From Lama glama (taxonomy: Eukaryota), in NCBI GenBank assembly GCA_028534125.1, contig CM052816.1, forward strand, positions 27,902,001 to 27,966,000: a stretch of DNA of 64,000 nucleotides, read 5' to 3'. How positions within the stretch are numbered: the first letter of the stretch is position 1; every line of letters begins with the position of its first letter. Positions 39,425-51,397 of the stretch are shown piece after piece. The position numbers were made by a program, and so were the translations under genes. The notes beneath the pieces are model-generated. The model saw only the letters and a program-made list of their open reading frames with translations. It had not been told where the DNA came from and did no database searches.

Positions 39425-40499
39425 TATTTTGTAGGACAAATTGAGGTAAATAATGTAGAGTTTAATTCCCAGTTCTAGGCAGTTAAAAAAATAACATTCA
39501 AATGCAGTTTTACCCCTCTTACGCTACTATTTCTGTGACATTCTGAGTAGATATACTGCCTAAATACTGCAATTTTGAGCATGCACAGCCACTAGGGTTA
39601 CTTCCTTATCTCCCACCTATGTCTGGTTTGAAGGGAATACAAATAGTATAATGCATTATGCCACCATCATGTGTTTTGACTTTTTGATTAGTTGTTTTCT
39701 GTAATGTTTCAGAATGTACTTGATTGCAGTAAGTTAAACCATTCACAGATCAGCTACTTTATTATCGTCCTCATTTTGTCTCATTCTTGAAGCACAGCCA
39801 GGGAATATCCCAAGCTAAAGGCTGCATTTGCTAAATTATGCTCTGTTTATTTTATAATGTCTATCTATATCCCCTATATTGTTGCTTTATACAACATACT
39901 GTTCCTAGATAGTTTATTTGTTCTTAAGATAGAAAAAATTTAATTTTATTCTCTATTTTTAGCTGAAAAAATTAATAGGAAATTGCCATTTTGAGCCAGG
40001 TATTAAATGTTATAGCAAATAACTGGTAAAGGGTTATCATTATTCAAGTTCCATATACATTTCAACTTAGAGTGCTTAAAGCAGCTCTTGAATAGGTGCT
40101 ATAACCCTTATAAGAAATAACGAAACAGAACACAAATAGTCAATGTGAATTTCCTGTATATTTGGGGCAGAAAGTCACCAAACTGTGAAATGTTAGGATG
40201 CATATGGGAAGATACCAGTGTAATATATGACTAAACAATATTGGTGGTGGGTAAATGCAGATGAAAGGTTAACCAGCTGTGACTAAAGTGTGATCAATAA
40301 AACTAGCATTAAATGGTGGCTAAAAAAAAAGTGTAGTTAATGTGAAGGAGTGGTAGAAATGAATGTAAGAAATGGCTTAGTGCAAAGCAGTGGAAAAAAA
40401 ACAATTTTTCCAGGATTCCTCCCCAAATTCTGTTTTTAAATGCAGTTTTTTAGTGGTGATGTGTTCTATGAAGAAAGTCAAGTATGACAAAAATGCTAT

Positions 40500-43240
40500 T
40501 GTTAATTAATTAAACTTTATTGTGGCATAACACTTAAAAATTTACCAATTTTAAGCATACAATTCAAAGTATTTATATATATGTATATATAAATAAGTAT
40601 TTATACATGTATATATAAGCAGAGTTATACATGTTCATGCAACCACTGTCATAGTCAAGATATTTAAGTTTTCTGTCCCCCCATTCAGTTCAAAGTGTTT
40701 TTATCATCTCCTTTGTGATTTCTTTTCTTTACTCAGTGGGGTTATTTAAACTGTATTATTTATTCAATTTCAAAATATTTTTGCTAGCTGCTACTATTTT
40801 TTTGTCTTTTTTTTTTTTTTCACTTCAGGTACAAGTTCCTTGGGTACTCTGATTCCTGTTTTTAAATATGTACTGTGATTTGTTTTATGACTAATAATAC
40901 GGGCTACCTTGGTGAATGTTTTATGTGCACTTCAAAAAATTATTATCTTGTGGAAATGTTATCTTGCTGAATAACATCTTATTCAAATAATTGTTAGATG
41001 AAGCATCCTATCAAGGTTGATAATGTTCTTCCAGCCATCTGCGGTCTTACTGATAGGTTTCTTCCTACTTACATCATTCATCATGGAAAGCTGAAAACTC
41101 CATCTATAATTATGGATCTGTTCTTTGCTTCTTAATTGTATCAGATTTAATTCATTTGTTTAATGTTCTTTTATTAGGTGCATATATACTTGAAGGATCA
41201 TGAAACCATTTTGATGACTTGTGCACTTTATCATCATGAAATGTCCCGTCTTATTCCCAAATCTACTTATTATTCCAAAATCTACTTTGCTGATAATATA
41301 GTCATAACAGCTTTCTTGTGTTTAGTGTAGCATGGTATATCTTCTTCCAGCGTTTATCTTTAACACATCTGTGGCTTTATAGTGAAACTAGATCTTTGAG
41401 AAGCACATGATTGGATCTTGCTCTTTAATCTTCTTTACCATCTCTGGTTTTTAACTGGGTGTATAGACACTTTACATTTAACTGACTGACGTAACTGGAG
41501 TTAAGTCTATTGTTTTGCTTTTGCTTTTCTGTCTCCTTTGTTCCTTGTACATTTTTAACATTTTTCTTCTCCTCCAATGAACTGAGAACGTTTTATGAAT
41601 CTATTTTAAATCCACTATTTACTAGATTACCATGGTTTTTTTAGTGGTTACTCTGTCCTATACTATTTATATCTTTAACTCAGTCAACCTTAAAATAATT
41701 GTACATTTCATAGATTTTTAAAGAAACTTACAGTGGATTTATTTAGTATCTTCTGGTTCTCTCCTCTTCATTAACATTTCTTCATTAACATTTCTGCTCC
41801 TACTTTTTGGAGACAGTGGCAGTATTTATAACTTTTTTAACCCCCTTGTCTGTCAGTTGTATTATTTATGTCATTCTTGGGTCTGCTTTTATTGATTGGT
41901 TTTTTTCCCTTGATTATAGGACCTATTTTCTTGCTTATTTTCATGAATGGTAATTTTAAATTGAATCCCAGACATTGTAAATTGTATGTTACTGGATGTT
42001 GCATCTTGCTATTTTCTTAAATGAGTGCTGGGTTATCTTTTTTTCTGTCATATTATTAATTGGAATCGGTTTCAATCCTTTTCACGTTGTTTTTAAATTT
42101 TGTCAGAGGTTGCAGAGAAGCATTTAATCAAGGGTTAATTTTGACCCCCTACTATACAATAACCTTTTAGAGAATTTTATTTATTACAGTGTGTTTTATT
42201 CTGGCTTATGGAAACACAAACGTTTCCCAGTTCTTGGTGACCTCCAAGAAATTTCTGCCTACTACTCTTTGAGAATTCTTTCTGGAGAGCAAGGGTTTTT
42301 TTTTTTTCATTCTTGCCTAACTCAGTGTATAGTCAAAAATTGAAGGGGATTGATGCCTCACCTCTAGACATTGTTCTCTGGGTGCAGTGCTCCCCTTTAT
42401 GGTACTCTTTTTCATAAAGTCTAGTCACCTTCACCTGCTGGGGCTCATCTCTCTCTCTTCAGTTCATCAGAACTGGTAGGTTTTGGTTGGAATTAATCTT
42501 ATGCCCTGGAAACTGCCTTCAGGTGGTATATTTCTACATTTTTTCTTTCTCCTCTCTTTACTCAAGAATGACAATCCTGTGTTTAATACTTAAAAACTTG
42601 TTCCAAATATTGTGTTTGGTTTTCTGTCTAAGAAGGAAATAGTCACTATATCTGGTCTGTTATGCTATTGCCCTAAAGGGTAGGTGACTATTTACTTCAT
42701 TTCAACTAAATTTTTGTTCATAATTTCAATCATGTTAACCTCTTTTGGAGAGTAGCTCTTGAACAATTTTCTCTATTTTATTTATTGCGATTGGTGAGTT
42801 CACTTTCTGTCTTCTGAGGTCAGTTTTTATAATTGTATCTGCCTATAAAGTTATCTATTCCATTGATATTTTAAAAGTTATTTGTACAGTAATCTATATT
42901 TTCTCTTAAGATTCTTTTAAATTAGCTTTGTGGGGGGGGTGGTTATTTCCATATAAGCATTTCTTGTGATTTATGCTTGCTTCCTCTTTTTGTACTCTAT
43001 TTAATCTACAGGTTTATCATTTCACCACAACAGATCAAGTTCTCACTTTAATTTATTAGTGCTGTTATGTCTTTGTTTTCTAATTATAACACTTATATTT
43101 TTACCTTTATTATTTTATGCTTTGTATGCTTTCTTTAGGGTTGTTATTGTCTTCAGCTGGTTGCTTAATTTACTTATTTTCATCCTATTTACTAATATAT
43201 GCTTCAGACAACGAATGCTGCTTTAACTGTATCTAAGGCC
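40500..43240 (-). mobile_element. Ancient L1M fragments (3' piece, ORF2 endonuclease region, 5' region)
   Basis: ctaccttggtgaatgttttatgtgcacttcaaaaa; tctttattaggtgcatatatac; ttgaatcccagacattgtaaatt. Confidence 0.7.
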
Positions 43241-43385
43241 GTACTGTAAAGAATCTCAAACCACTGCACATAGACTACCTGGGTGCAAATCCTCTTTGTT
43301 TCATTTACTAATTGTGAGGATAGGAAGCAAGTCACTATGCCTTGCTATGGCTGTAATTCGTCATCTGTCAACAGACAACTATGGA
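43241..43385 (+). mobile_element. MIR SINE
   Basis: agactacctgggtgcaaatcctc..catttactaattgtga..gcaagtcact..tcatctgtcaa. Confidence 0.7.
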
Positions 43386-44359
43386 AAATTGAAAAACATT
43401 CTTAAAAAATAATATACTATTAACAACTATAGTTTATTCTAGGAATTCTAAATTTAGTCAAATGATTTTCTGTTGTTAAGGGGAAAAGCATTCAGTTATC
43501 TCCATGGATGTTAAGGCGTTTTGTGAATATAACATCTCTTGGTTAAAAACTCTTTGGGAGAAATATTTGGATAATTGTTTTTTCACTCTGGAGAATGCCT
43601 TTGGGCATATGTACTAATCTTCTTGCAGGAAAATCCTTTTCCTTTTCGGCTGTCTTTCAAGTCTTGACAGACTTGAATGAAGCCTCGCTTTCCTGTATTA
43701 AATACTTGAAGAAGACATACAGTGTTGGATAGTTTTTGTTTTCCCTCAGCATACAGTGGGGTTTACTTGCTACAGGTTTCTTTATATTTTTATGATTTTG
43801 AAAAATTGTTATTAAACTGTTTATATATATTATTTCAGGATTAATGAGCTGCAGACACATCTTAATCGTACATTATGAAGAAATTACACGTGCTCATCTC
43901 ATCCTCTAGATACTTTCGCCTGGGGGCATTTCTTCACTTTATGACCAGTGCTGCCCGCCTCCATTGGGCTATGAGGATGTTCTCTCTCTCAGGTTTGCTG
44001 GTAAAACCCTTTATATTCTTGGTTTAAGTGTACATTGATTTGGTATTTATACATATTTTTTTAGGTTTCTATGACTAACAGCTGTAAAGCTGTTTACTGC
44101 CTACCTTTGCTTAGATCAGTATGGTTTGTTCTTAGCCTTATTACATCTCCCTTTTTGCATACAGAATGTGCTGCAGAAAGGGTCTCTGAGGCTAACGATA
44201 CTAGACCTCACTCTCCAAGTAAGGCATCTCTGGGTAAGCCGTCCCATATATACCTACTTTGTGCCGGGTGCATCTCTATAGTGACTTATGATCTGCAACA
44301 GCTATTATCCCTTTATTTGGTCCAAATTTCCTTGTATTTATCAGTCATTCTAAGTATCC

Positions 44360-46070
44360 TATGGTTTGGCACGTTGTCATATATTCCCTCCATATCCACT
44401 TTGATGAGAGAGATCTTACCATACGTTGATGCTGAATTTTTTCAAAAGCTTTTTCTATATCTATTTAGATGAACATTCAGTTTTTATCCTTTGTTTATTA
44501 ATGTGGTGTATCACAGTGACTGATACATGGAATCATCGTTTCATTCCTGGAATGAATCCCATTTAATCATGATGTATGATCATTTTCATTTATGTTTATC
44601 AGGGATACTGGCCTATATTTTCTTTACTTGTGGCATCTTTATCTAGTTTTGGTCAGGGTAGTTCTGGCTTCATAAAATTAGTTTGGAAGTGTTACCCCTC
44701 TTTCAGTCTTTGCCTTTGGAAGCATATGAGGAGGATTAATTAGTGTTAGTGTTTGATATTTAATAGAATTCACCACCAAAGCTGCCTGATCCTGGACTTT
44801 TGTTTGTTCGGAGGTTTATTGTTTCTGATTCAATCTCCTTTCTAGTAATCAGTCTGTTCAGATTTTCTATTTCTTCATGATTTGGTCTTGGTAGGCTGTA
44901 TCTTTCCAGGAATTTTTTCACTTCTTCTAGGTCATCAAACGTGTTGACAAATAATTGTTTGTAGTAGTCTCTTTTGTATTTCTGTAGGATCAGGCATAAC
45001 ATCTCTTTGATTTCTGAGTTTGAGCCCTCTTTTTTTCTTGATGAGCCCAGCTAAAGGGAAATCAATTTTATTTATCCACAAAAACAGCTCTCATATTTAT
45101 TGATTTTTTTCTGTTGTCTTTCCATCTCTATTTCATCTATTTTTACTCTAATTTTTAGAATTTCCTTCTACTTCCTTTGGGCTTTATCCTTCTTTCCCTG
45201 GTGCTTTGAGGTATAATGTTAGGTTGTTTGAGACTTCTGTTATTTCTTAATGTAGACATTTATTGCTGTGAACCTCCCTCTTATTTTGTTTTGTCCCATA
45301 AGTTTTGGTATATTCTATGCCTATGCCTTAAATTTATTAAGACTTGTGAGCTAACATATCATTGATCCTGAATAATGTCCATGTGCACTTGGAAAGACTA
45401 GGTATTCTGTTGCTTGGGTTGGCATTACTATGTATGTTTGTAAAGTTAACTTGGTCTAATGTGTCATTTAAGGATATTGTTCCCTTACTGATTTTCTGTC
45501 TTGATGATCCAATGGAGAAGACGGATATTAAAGTTACCTACTGCAATGGTATCACTGTCTATTTCTGCCTTTAACTCTGTTAATGTTTGTATGTTTAGGT
45601 GCTCCTATATTGGGTGCATAAATATTTACAAATATATTCTCTTGGTACATTGAGGCCTTTATCATTATGTAAGACTCTTCCTTGTCTCTTACATCAGGCA
45701 AAATATACTTTCAAAGACTAAAGTATAGTAATACAGGCTTTCTGACTAACATTTGCATGGACTTTATTTTTTCATTCCTTCACTTGAGAGTTTTTCTAGA
45801 CAATACATAGATGGGTCTTGTACAAGCCAGTCTATCTTTTGACTGGAAAATGTACTCCAGTATGAACTTACTGCTATTTTGTTAATTGTTTTCTTGCTGT
45901 TTTTAAGTCTTCTGTTTTCTTTCCTTTTTCTCTTGCTCTCTTTATGGTTTGCTAAGATTCCTTTCTTTTTATCTTATATGTATCTACCATAAGTTTTTGT
46001 CTTGTGGTTACCATGAGGCTTACAGAAACCACTTAGATTTATAGCAGTCTATTTTAAGTTGATAACACAA
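44360..46070 (-). mobile_element. LINE-1 ORF2 (endonuclease to RT) fragment
   Basis: ORF 44760..45002 (DLEEVKKFLERYSLPRPNHEEIENLNRLIT..KSPGSGSFGGEFY) matches L1 ORF2p. Confidence 0.9.
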
Positions 46071-46079
46071 TTGAAGTTT

Positions 46080-46880
46080 TGGGTTTTCTTTATTGACATA
46101 TAGTCAGTTACACAATGTGTCAATTTCTGGTGTACAGCACAATGTCCCAGTCATGCATATACATTTGTAAATTTGTTTTCATTTTCTTTTTCATTAAAGG
46201 TTATTATAAGATGTGGAATATAGTTCCCTGTGCTATACAGAAGAAATTACATATTTTTAAATCTATTTTTATACATAGTGGCTAACAGTTGCAAATTTAT
46301 CCCTTCCTACTCCCTTTCCCCCAGTAATCACAGGATTGTTCACTATGTCTGTGAGTCTGTTTTTGTTTTGTAGAAGAGTTCATTAGTATCCTATTTCTTT
46401 TTTTAGATTCCACATAGCGGGGGTGATAGCAAGTGGTATTCTTTCTTCTTACTCTTTCTGGCTTACTTAGAATGACATGCTCCAGGTCCATCCATGTTGC
46501 TGCAAATGGCATGATTTTATTCTTTTCTAAGGCTGAGTAATATTTCATTGTATATATACCACATCTTCTTTATCCAGTCATCTGTCAGTGGACATTTAGG
46601 TTGCTTCCACGTCTTGGCTATTGTAAATAGTGTTGCTGTGAACATTGGGTGCATGTATCTTGTTGAATTACAGTACCCTCCAGATAAATGACCAGGAGTG
46701 GGATTTCTGGATGGCATGGTAAGTCTATTTTCAGTTTTTAAAGGAATTTCCATGCTGTTCTCCACAGTGGCTGCAGTAAACTACATTCCCACCAACAGTG
46801 TAGGAGGGTTCCCTTTTCTCCACACCCTCCCCAGCATTTATCATTTGTAGAATTTTTAACAATGGCCATCCTGACTGGTT
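46080..46880 (-). mobile_element. L1 ORF2 C-terminus and 3' UTR (intermediate age)
   Basis: [36 protein letters not shown]; 3' UTR related to the 14241 element. Confidence 0.92.
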
Positions 46881-47475
46881 ATACTGCATCTTCTTTATCC
46901 ATTCATTTGTCAGTGGACACTCAGGTTGCTTCCATATCTTGGTCATTATAAATAACGCTGCTGTGAACATAAGAGTGCATATACCTTTTCAAATTAATTT
47001 TTTTATTTTCTTCTGATACATACTCAGGAATGGAAATTCCTGGATCATTTGGTAATTAAAGTTTTTGAGGAACTTCTATACTGTTTTGCACAGCAACTGT
47101 ACCAGTTTACATTCCTACCAACAGCGTACAAAGCTTCCCTTTTCTCCACATCCTTGCCAACATTTGTTATTTGTGGATATTTTGATGATGGCCATTCTGC
47201 CAGGTGTGAAGTATGTGACATGATACCTCACTGTAGTTTTGATTTACATTTCTCTGATGATTAGCCTGTTGGCTAATCTGTAAATCTTTGGAAAAATGTC
47301 TTCTACCACTTTTGAAATCAAGTTTTTGTTGTTGAGTTGTATAAGCTCTTTATACATTTTGGAATAGTAACCCCCTTATCCACCATATCATTTGCAAGTT
47401 TTTTCTCCCATTCATAATGCTTTTATTTTTGTTGATGGTTTCCTTTGCTATGCAAAAGTTTTTAAGTTTAATTCC
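46881..47475 (-). mobile_element. Older L1 ORF2 C-terminal fragment
   Basis: [19 protein letters not shown]; ttttgatttacatttctctgatgattag. Confidence 0.85.
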
Positions 47476-47489
47476 TCACAAGTTCCTCA

Positions 47490-47822
47490 AAGCCAGAAAG
47501 AGAAAGAAAAATACCATATGATATCCCTTATACATGGAATCCAAAAAAATGACACAACTGATCTCACATAGAAAACAACGTACGGTTACCTGGGGATGGT
47601 AGAGGGATAAATTCAGAGTCGAGGATTTGCACATACTAATTACCATAAATGAAATGGGTAAACAACAAGGTTCTACTGTGTAACACAGGAAACTATGTCT
47701 TGTAATAGCCTATATAGTGAAAAAGAATATGAAAAGGAATATATATATGTATAACTGAATCACTTATGCTGTACACCAGAAATGAACATACTGTACACCA
47801 ACTATATACACTTCAATAAAAA
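47490..47822 (+). mobile_element. L1 3' UTR fragment
   Basis: agccagaaagagaaagaaaaataccatatg..aacaacaaggttctactgtgtaacacaggaaac..cttcaataaaa. Confidence 0.85.
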
Positions 47823-48182
47823 AGATGTGGTATATATATGCAATGTAATACTGCTTACTCAGCCTTAAAAAAATGAAATTTTGTCATTTGCAGCCAATAT
47901 GGATGAACCTGGAGGACATGATGCTTAGTGAAATAAGTCAGACGTATTACTTCTATGTAGAATCTAAAAAATAATACAAAATAGTGAATATACAAAGAAA
48001 CAGAAAAAAAACGGGACATGAGATTAAGAAATACGAACTACTATGTATAAAAAACAAGCTACAAGGATATACTGTACAGCACAGGGAAGATAGCCAATAT
48101 TTTATAACTATAAATGGAGTATAACCTTTAAAAGTTGTGAATCACTATTTGTTCATGTGAAACTTATAATAGATTAAAAAAA
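47823..48182 (+). mobile_element. Older L1 ORF2 end and 3' UTR
   Basis: agatgtggtatatata..atggatgaacctggaggacatgatgcttagtgaaataagtcagac..aagctacaaggatatactgtacagcacaggg. Confidence 0.85.
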
Positions 48183-48189
48183 TCCTAGC

Positions 48190-48790
48190 TGACCTATCAA
48201 AACACAACCTGAATCTAATCATAAGGAAACAACAAATCAAGCTAACTTGAGGGATAGTCTACAGAATAACTAGACTGTTGTATCTAAGAATGTCGGGCTT
48301 TCATACACACACACCTACCTTCTCCCCTGCCAAAGAGAAGTCTGAGCAACTGTTCCAGATTCCAGAAGACCAAGAGATACTACACCTGAAGGTGATACAG
48401 GATTCCAAGTGCATCCTCCTGGACCATGAAGGAAAAAAAAAGAAACAGGGTTCATTGTGCATTTTGCAAAATTTCAGTATGAACTATGGATTAGAAGATA
48501 ATAGCATGTTTTAAAGTTCATGAATATGATAATGATACCCTTAATTATGTAAGAAAATATTCTCATCCTCAGGAAATAAATACATATTACGTATAAATAT
48601 CCTTGATCTCTATTCTCCAACGTTTTCCAGGTGTGTATATATGTGTGTATGTGTATTTTATATATATATATAAAACCATATACCTGTATAGAGATATGTA
48701 TTTTTATGTGTGTGTATATATATACAGAGAAGGTAAATGTTCATAATTGGTGGATCCGGCTGCTATACCTGTGAAACTTCACTCATCAAT
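48190..48790 (+). mobile_element. Ancient L1MC/ME 3' UTR with embedded (TA/TG)n
   Basis: cacaacctgaatctaatcataaggaaac..ttgagggatagtctacagaataact; gaactgttccagattccagaagaccaagaga. Confidence 0.65.
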
Positions 48791-48809
48791 AAATTCTCAT
48801 TGTTAAAGG

Positions 48810-48960
48810 TAAGTAAATATACCAATAGAGCGTACTTCGTTTCAGGTACTTTACTTTATGTCTAGTGATCATTTTATCCTTATAACAACTCTATGCTAAG
48901 CTTTTGTCATTAACTTCTATGGACAGCCCAGAGGGCTGAGGTAATTCCTGAAACATGTGT
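48810..48960 (-). mobile_element. MIR SINE
   Basis: cattttatccttataacaactctatg..cccagagggctgaggtaattcctg. Confidence 0.6.
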
Positions 48961-49269
48961 CTGTTGGTCTCTACACTGCAAGTTTTTAAGTATGATGCTG
49001 TCTTCCTGCCCTGGTCAGTGTTTGATGCTCTGTCTTCCAAACTACTGTAGCACTTTCCACAGACATCTTCTATTGTATTTATCATGTTATACTGTCATTA
49101 TTTTTTAAAGGATGTTCACCTTAATCTCACTTCCCACTGCTTAACACAAAATGTGACCCACAATAGGCATCTAAAAATAAGCAAATCAAGGAAGCAAGTG
49201 TGTGCACACCACTACAGGAAGGACAAGTCAGTGCAGAGTGGCTGGTTGATACAGCATCATCTACAGTTG

Positions 49270-49532
49270 CTCTGTAAATATGACATCTGTGCACATCCTG
49301 AAATGTCACTGGACCAAACTGAGATGTGCTATAAGTATACATGCGCATTAGAATTTATAAGAAAAATTATTATGAAAACATGTAGACTATCTCATTACTA
49401 TTCACACTGATTTACTCCTAAAATAATATATTTTAACCAATACATCCAAAATATTATGAAAATTAATTTTCTGTATATTCTTACTTTTTTCCGATGTGAT
49501 GACTCACATTCCATTTCTTTTGGTAGTGCTGG
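49270..49532 (+). mobile_element. hAT-Charlie MITE (MER33-like)
   Basis: gaaatgtcactggaccaaactgagatgtgctataagtat..atgtagactatctcatta..catttcttttggtagtgctg. Confidence 0.7.
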
Positions 49533-49627
49533 TCTACCCACTGCTGTGCCAATCCTGATTACCCTTCTGTGAATATTCATCTCTGTTACTGTAAAGTAGT
49601 TGACCATGTAGATTTTCACTTCATGCA

Positions 49628-51050
49628 GACAGATACTAGCTGCCTCCAACTCTTCCATTAGATAAGTAGATAGGTAGGTAGAAAGAAAGATATGTAGGTA
49701 GCTAAGTAGATAGACAAGTAAAGAGATAGCAGGGAAGTAGATAAAAAGAAAGACGGACACACAAAGACACTAGCCATCTCCTCCTTCTTCATTAAGCAGG
49801 TAAGAAGGTAGGTATATAGATACAGAGACACTAGCTGCCTCCTCATTCTCTATTACTTTGGTAGGCAGACAAGTACATACGTAGGTAGGTATATAGATAG
49901 GAAGAAAGTATGACAGAGACACTAGTTGTGGCCACCTCCTCCATTAGCTAGGTAGGTAGATAGATGGGTACAAAGATAGATGAAAAAAGAGACACTAGCC
50001 GGTGCTCTTCCCACATTAGGTAGGTAGGTAGGTAGGAAAATAGAAAGTCAGAGACAGTAGCCGATACATTAGGTAATTAAAAGATGGGTAGGCAGAGAGA
50101 AAGGATGACAGAGACGCTAGCTGCCTCCTTCACTATTAGGTAGGTAGGTAGATAAGGTAGTTAGGAAGATACATAAATAGATAGAAAGGCAAACAGACAC
50201 TTTCTGCATCCTCCACCTGTAATTGTAATTGATAGGTAGATAGGAAGACAAAGAATGACACAGCCATTAGCCGCCTCTCCTACTACATTAGGTACTTAGC
50301 TAAGTAGGTAGGTAAATACACAGAGACACTAGCTGCCTCCTCATCCCCCAAAACGTGGATAGACAGTGAGACAGGTAGATAGGAAGGTAGGCAGATACAA
50401 AGACAATGATAGAGCCGCTAGCCACCGCCTCCTCTTCCATGAGGGAGGTAGACAGGCAGATAGAATGATAGAGACGCTAGCCGACTCCTCCTCCATTAGG
50501 GAGGGAGATAGGTAGGAAGGTAGAAAGGTATGAGGGAGATAGAAAGATAGACTCATAGAGATGCTATACGCTTCCTCCTCCTCCATTGGGGAGGGAGGGA
50601 GGGGGATAGGAAGATAGAATCATAGAGATGCTAGCTGCCTGCTCTTCCTCCATTATGTAGGTAGGTAGGTAGAGAGGTACGGAGGTGGGTAGGAAAGTAG
50701 GTAGGTAGGTAGATAGATATGTTGTTACATAGATATATAGGCAGGTACTTACGTAGGTAGAAAGGTAGATATATAGAAAGAATGTCAGAAAAGATAGTTG
50801 CCTCCTCCTTCTACATTATGTAAGTAGATAGATAGGTATGTAGGTACATAGATATGTCAATAGCAAGAGAGACAGACAGAGACACTACCTACGTCTTTCT
50901 CCTCCATTAGGCAAGTAGGTAGTTTAGGTAGGTAGGTAGATATATAGGTAGATTGGTAGAACGACCGAGACAGAAACACTAGCCTCTCTCCACTAGAGGG
51001 AGAGAGGCAGAGACAAAGCTATAGAGAAAAGTACTAGCCTGTTCCTCATA
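49628..51050. repeat. Composite minisatellite: ~17-18 copies of core AGAGACACTAGCTGCCTCCTCCTCCATTAG separated by variable (GGTA/GATA/GACA)n spacers
   Basis: Cores start near 49628, 49762, 49824, 49915, 49988, 50050, 50110, 50193, 50258, 50322, 50411, 50470, 50557, 50624, 50787, 50878, 50972 and 51025. Confidence 0.95.
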
Positions 51051-51397
51051 CCGTGTCACCCTTTTCTTCTTCTTTGCTCATGAAGGAAACCTGGTGTCAT
51101 ATTCAATGTCAACTTCTCTTCTTTCTAACGAAAAATAGAAAAAAATATTGGTACATGTATGAATTACACTCTACATTTACTCTCCTTTCATATATTTTAA
51201 AGATCAAAATCAGCTTAATCGAGCCAAGCCCATAGCAACACTTGATTAATAGAACACCTTCAAATCACGTTAGCATAAAAAATGGCACACTATGTATTTT
51301 GCTTGGTGTTTCAAGAAAGATATGTCAATAAAAATTTTATTTCACAGGTATGGAAATATAAATCTCTTTCTTTTGCTGTTATAATTTATTTGGAATA

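Noticed and set aside
43656..43678. 9-bp hairpin ttcaagtct-tgac-agacttgaa
   Set aside because: Short AT-rich stem of a size expected by chance
44071..44472. 133-aa ORF
   Set aside because: Its 3' part is antisense L1, with no recognisable homology
49628..51050. CRISPR array
   Set aside because: The context is mammalian, the spacers are low-complexity microsatellite of very uneven length, the repeats are degenerate, and there are no cas genes
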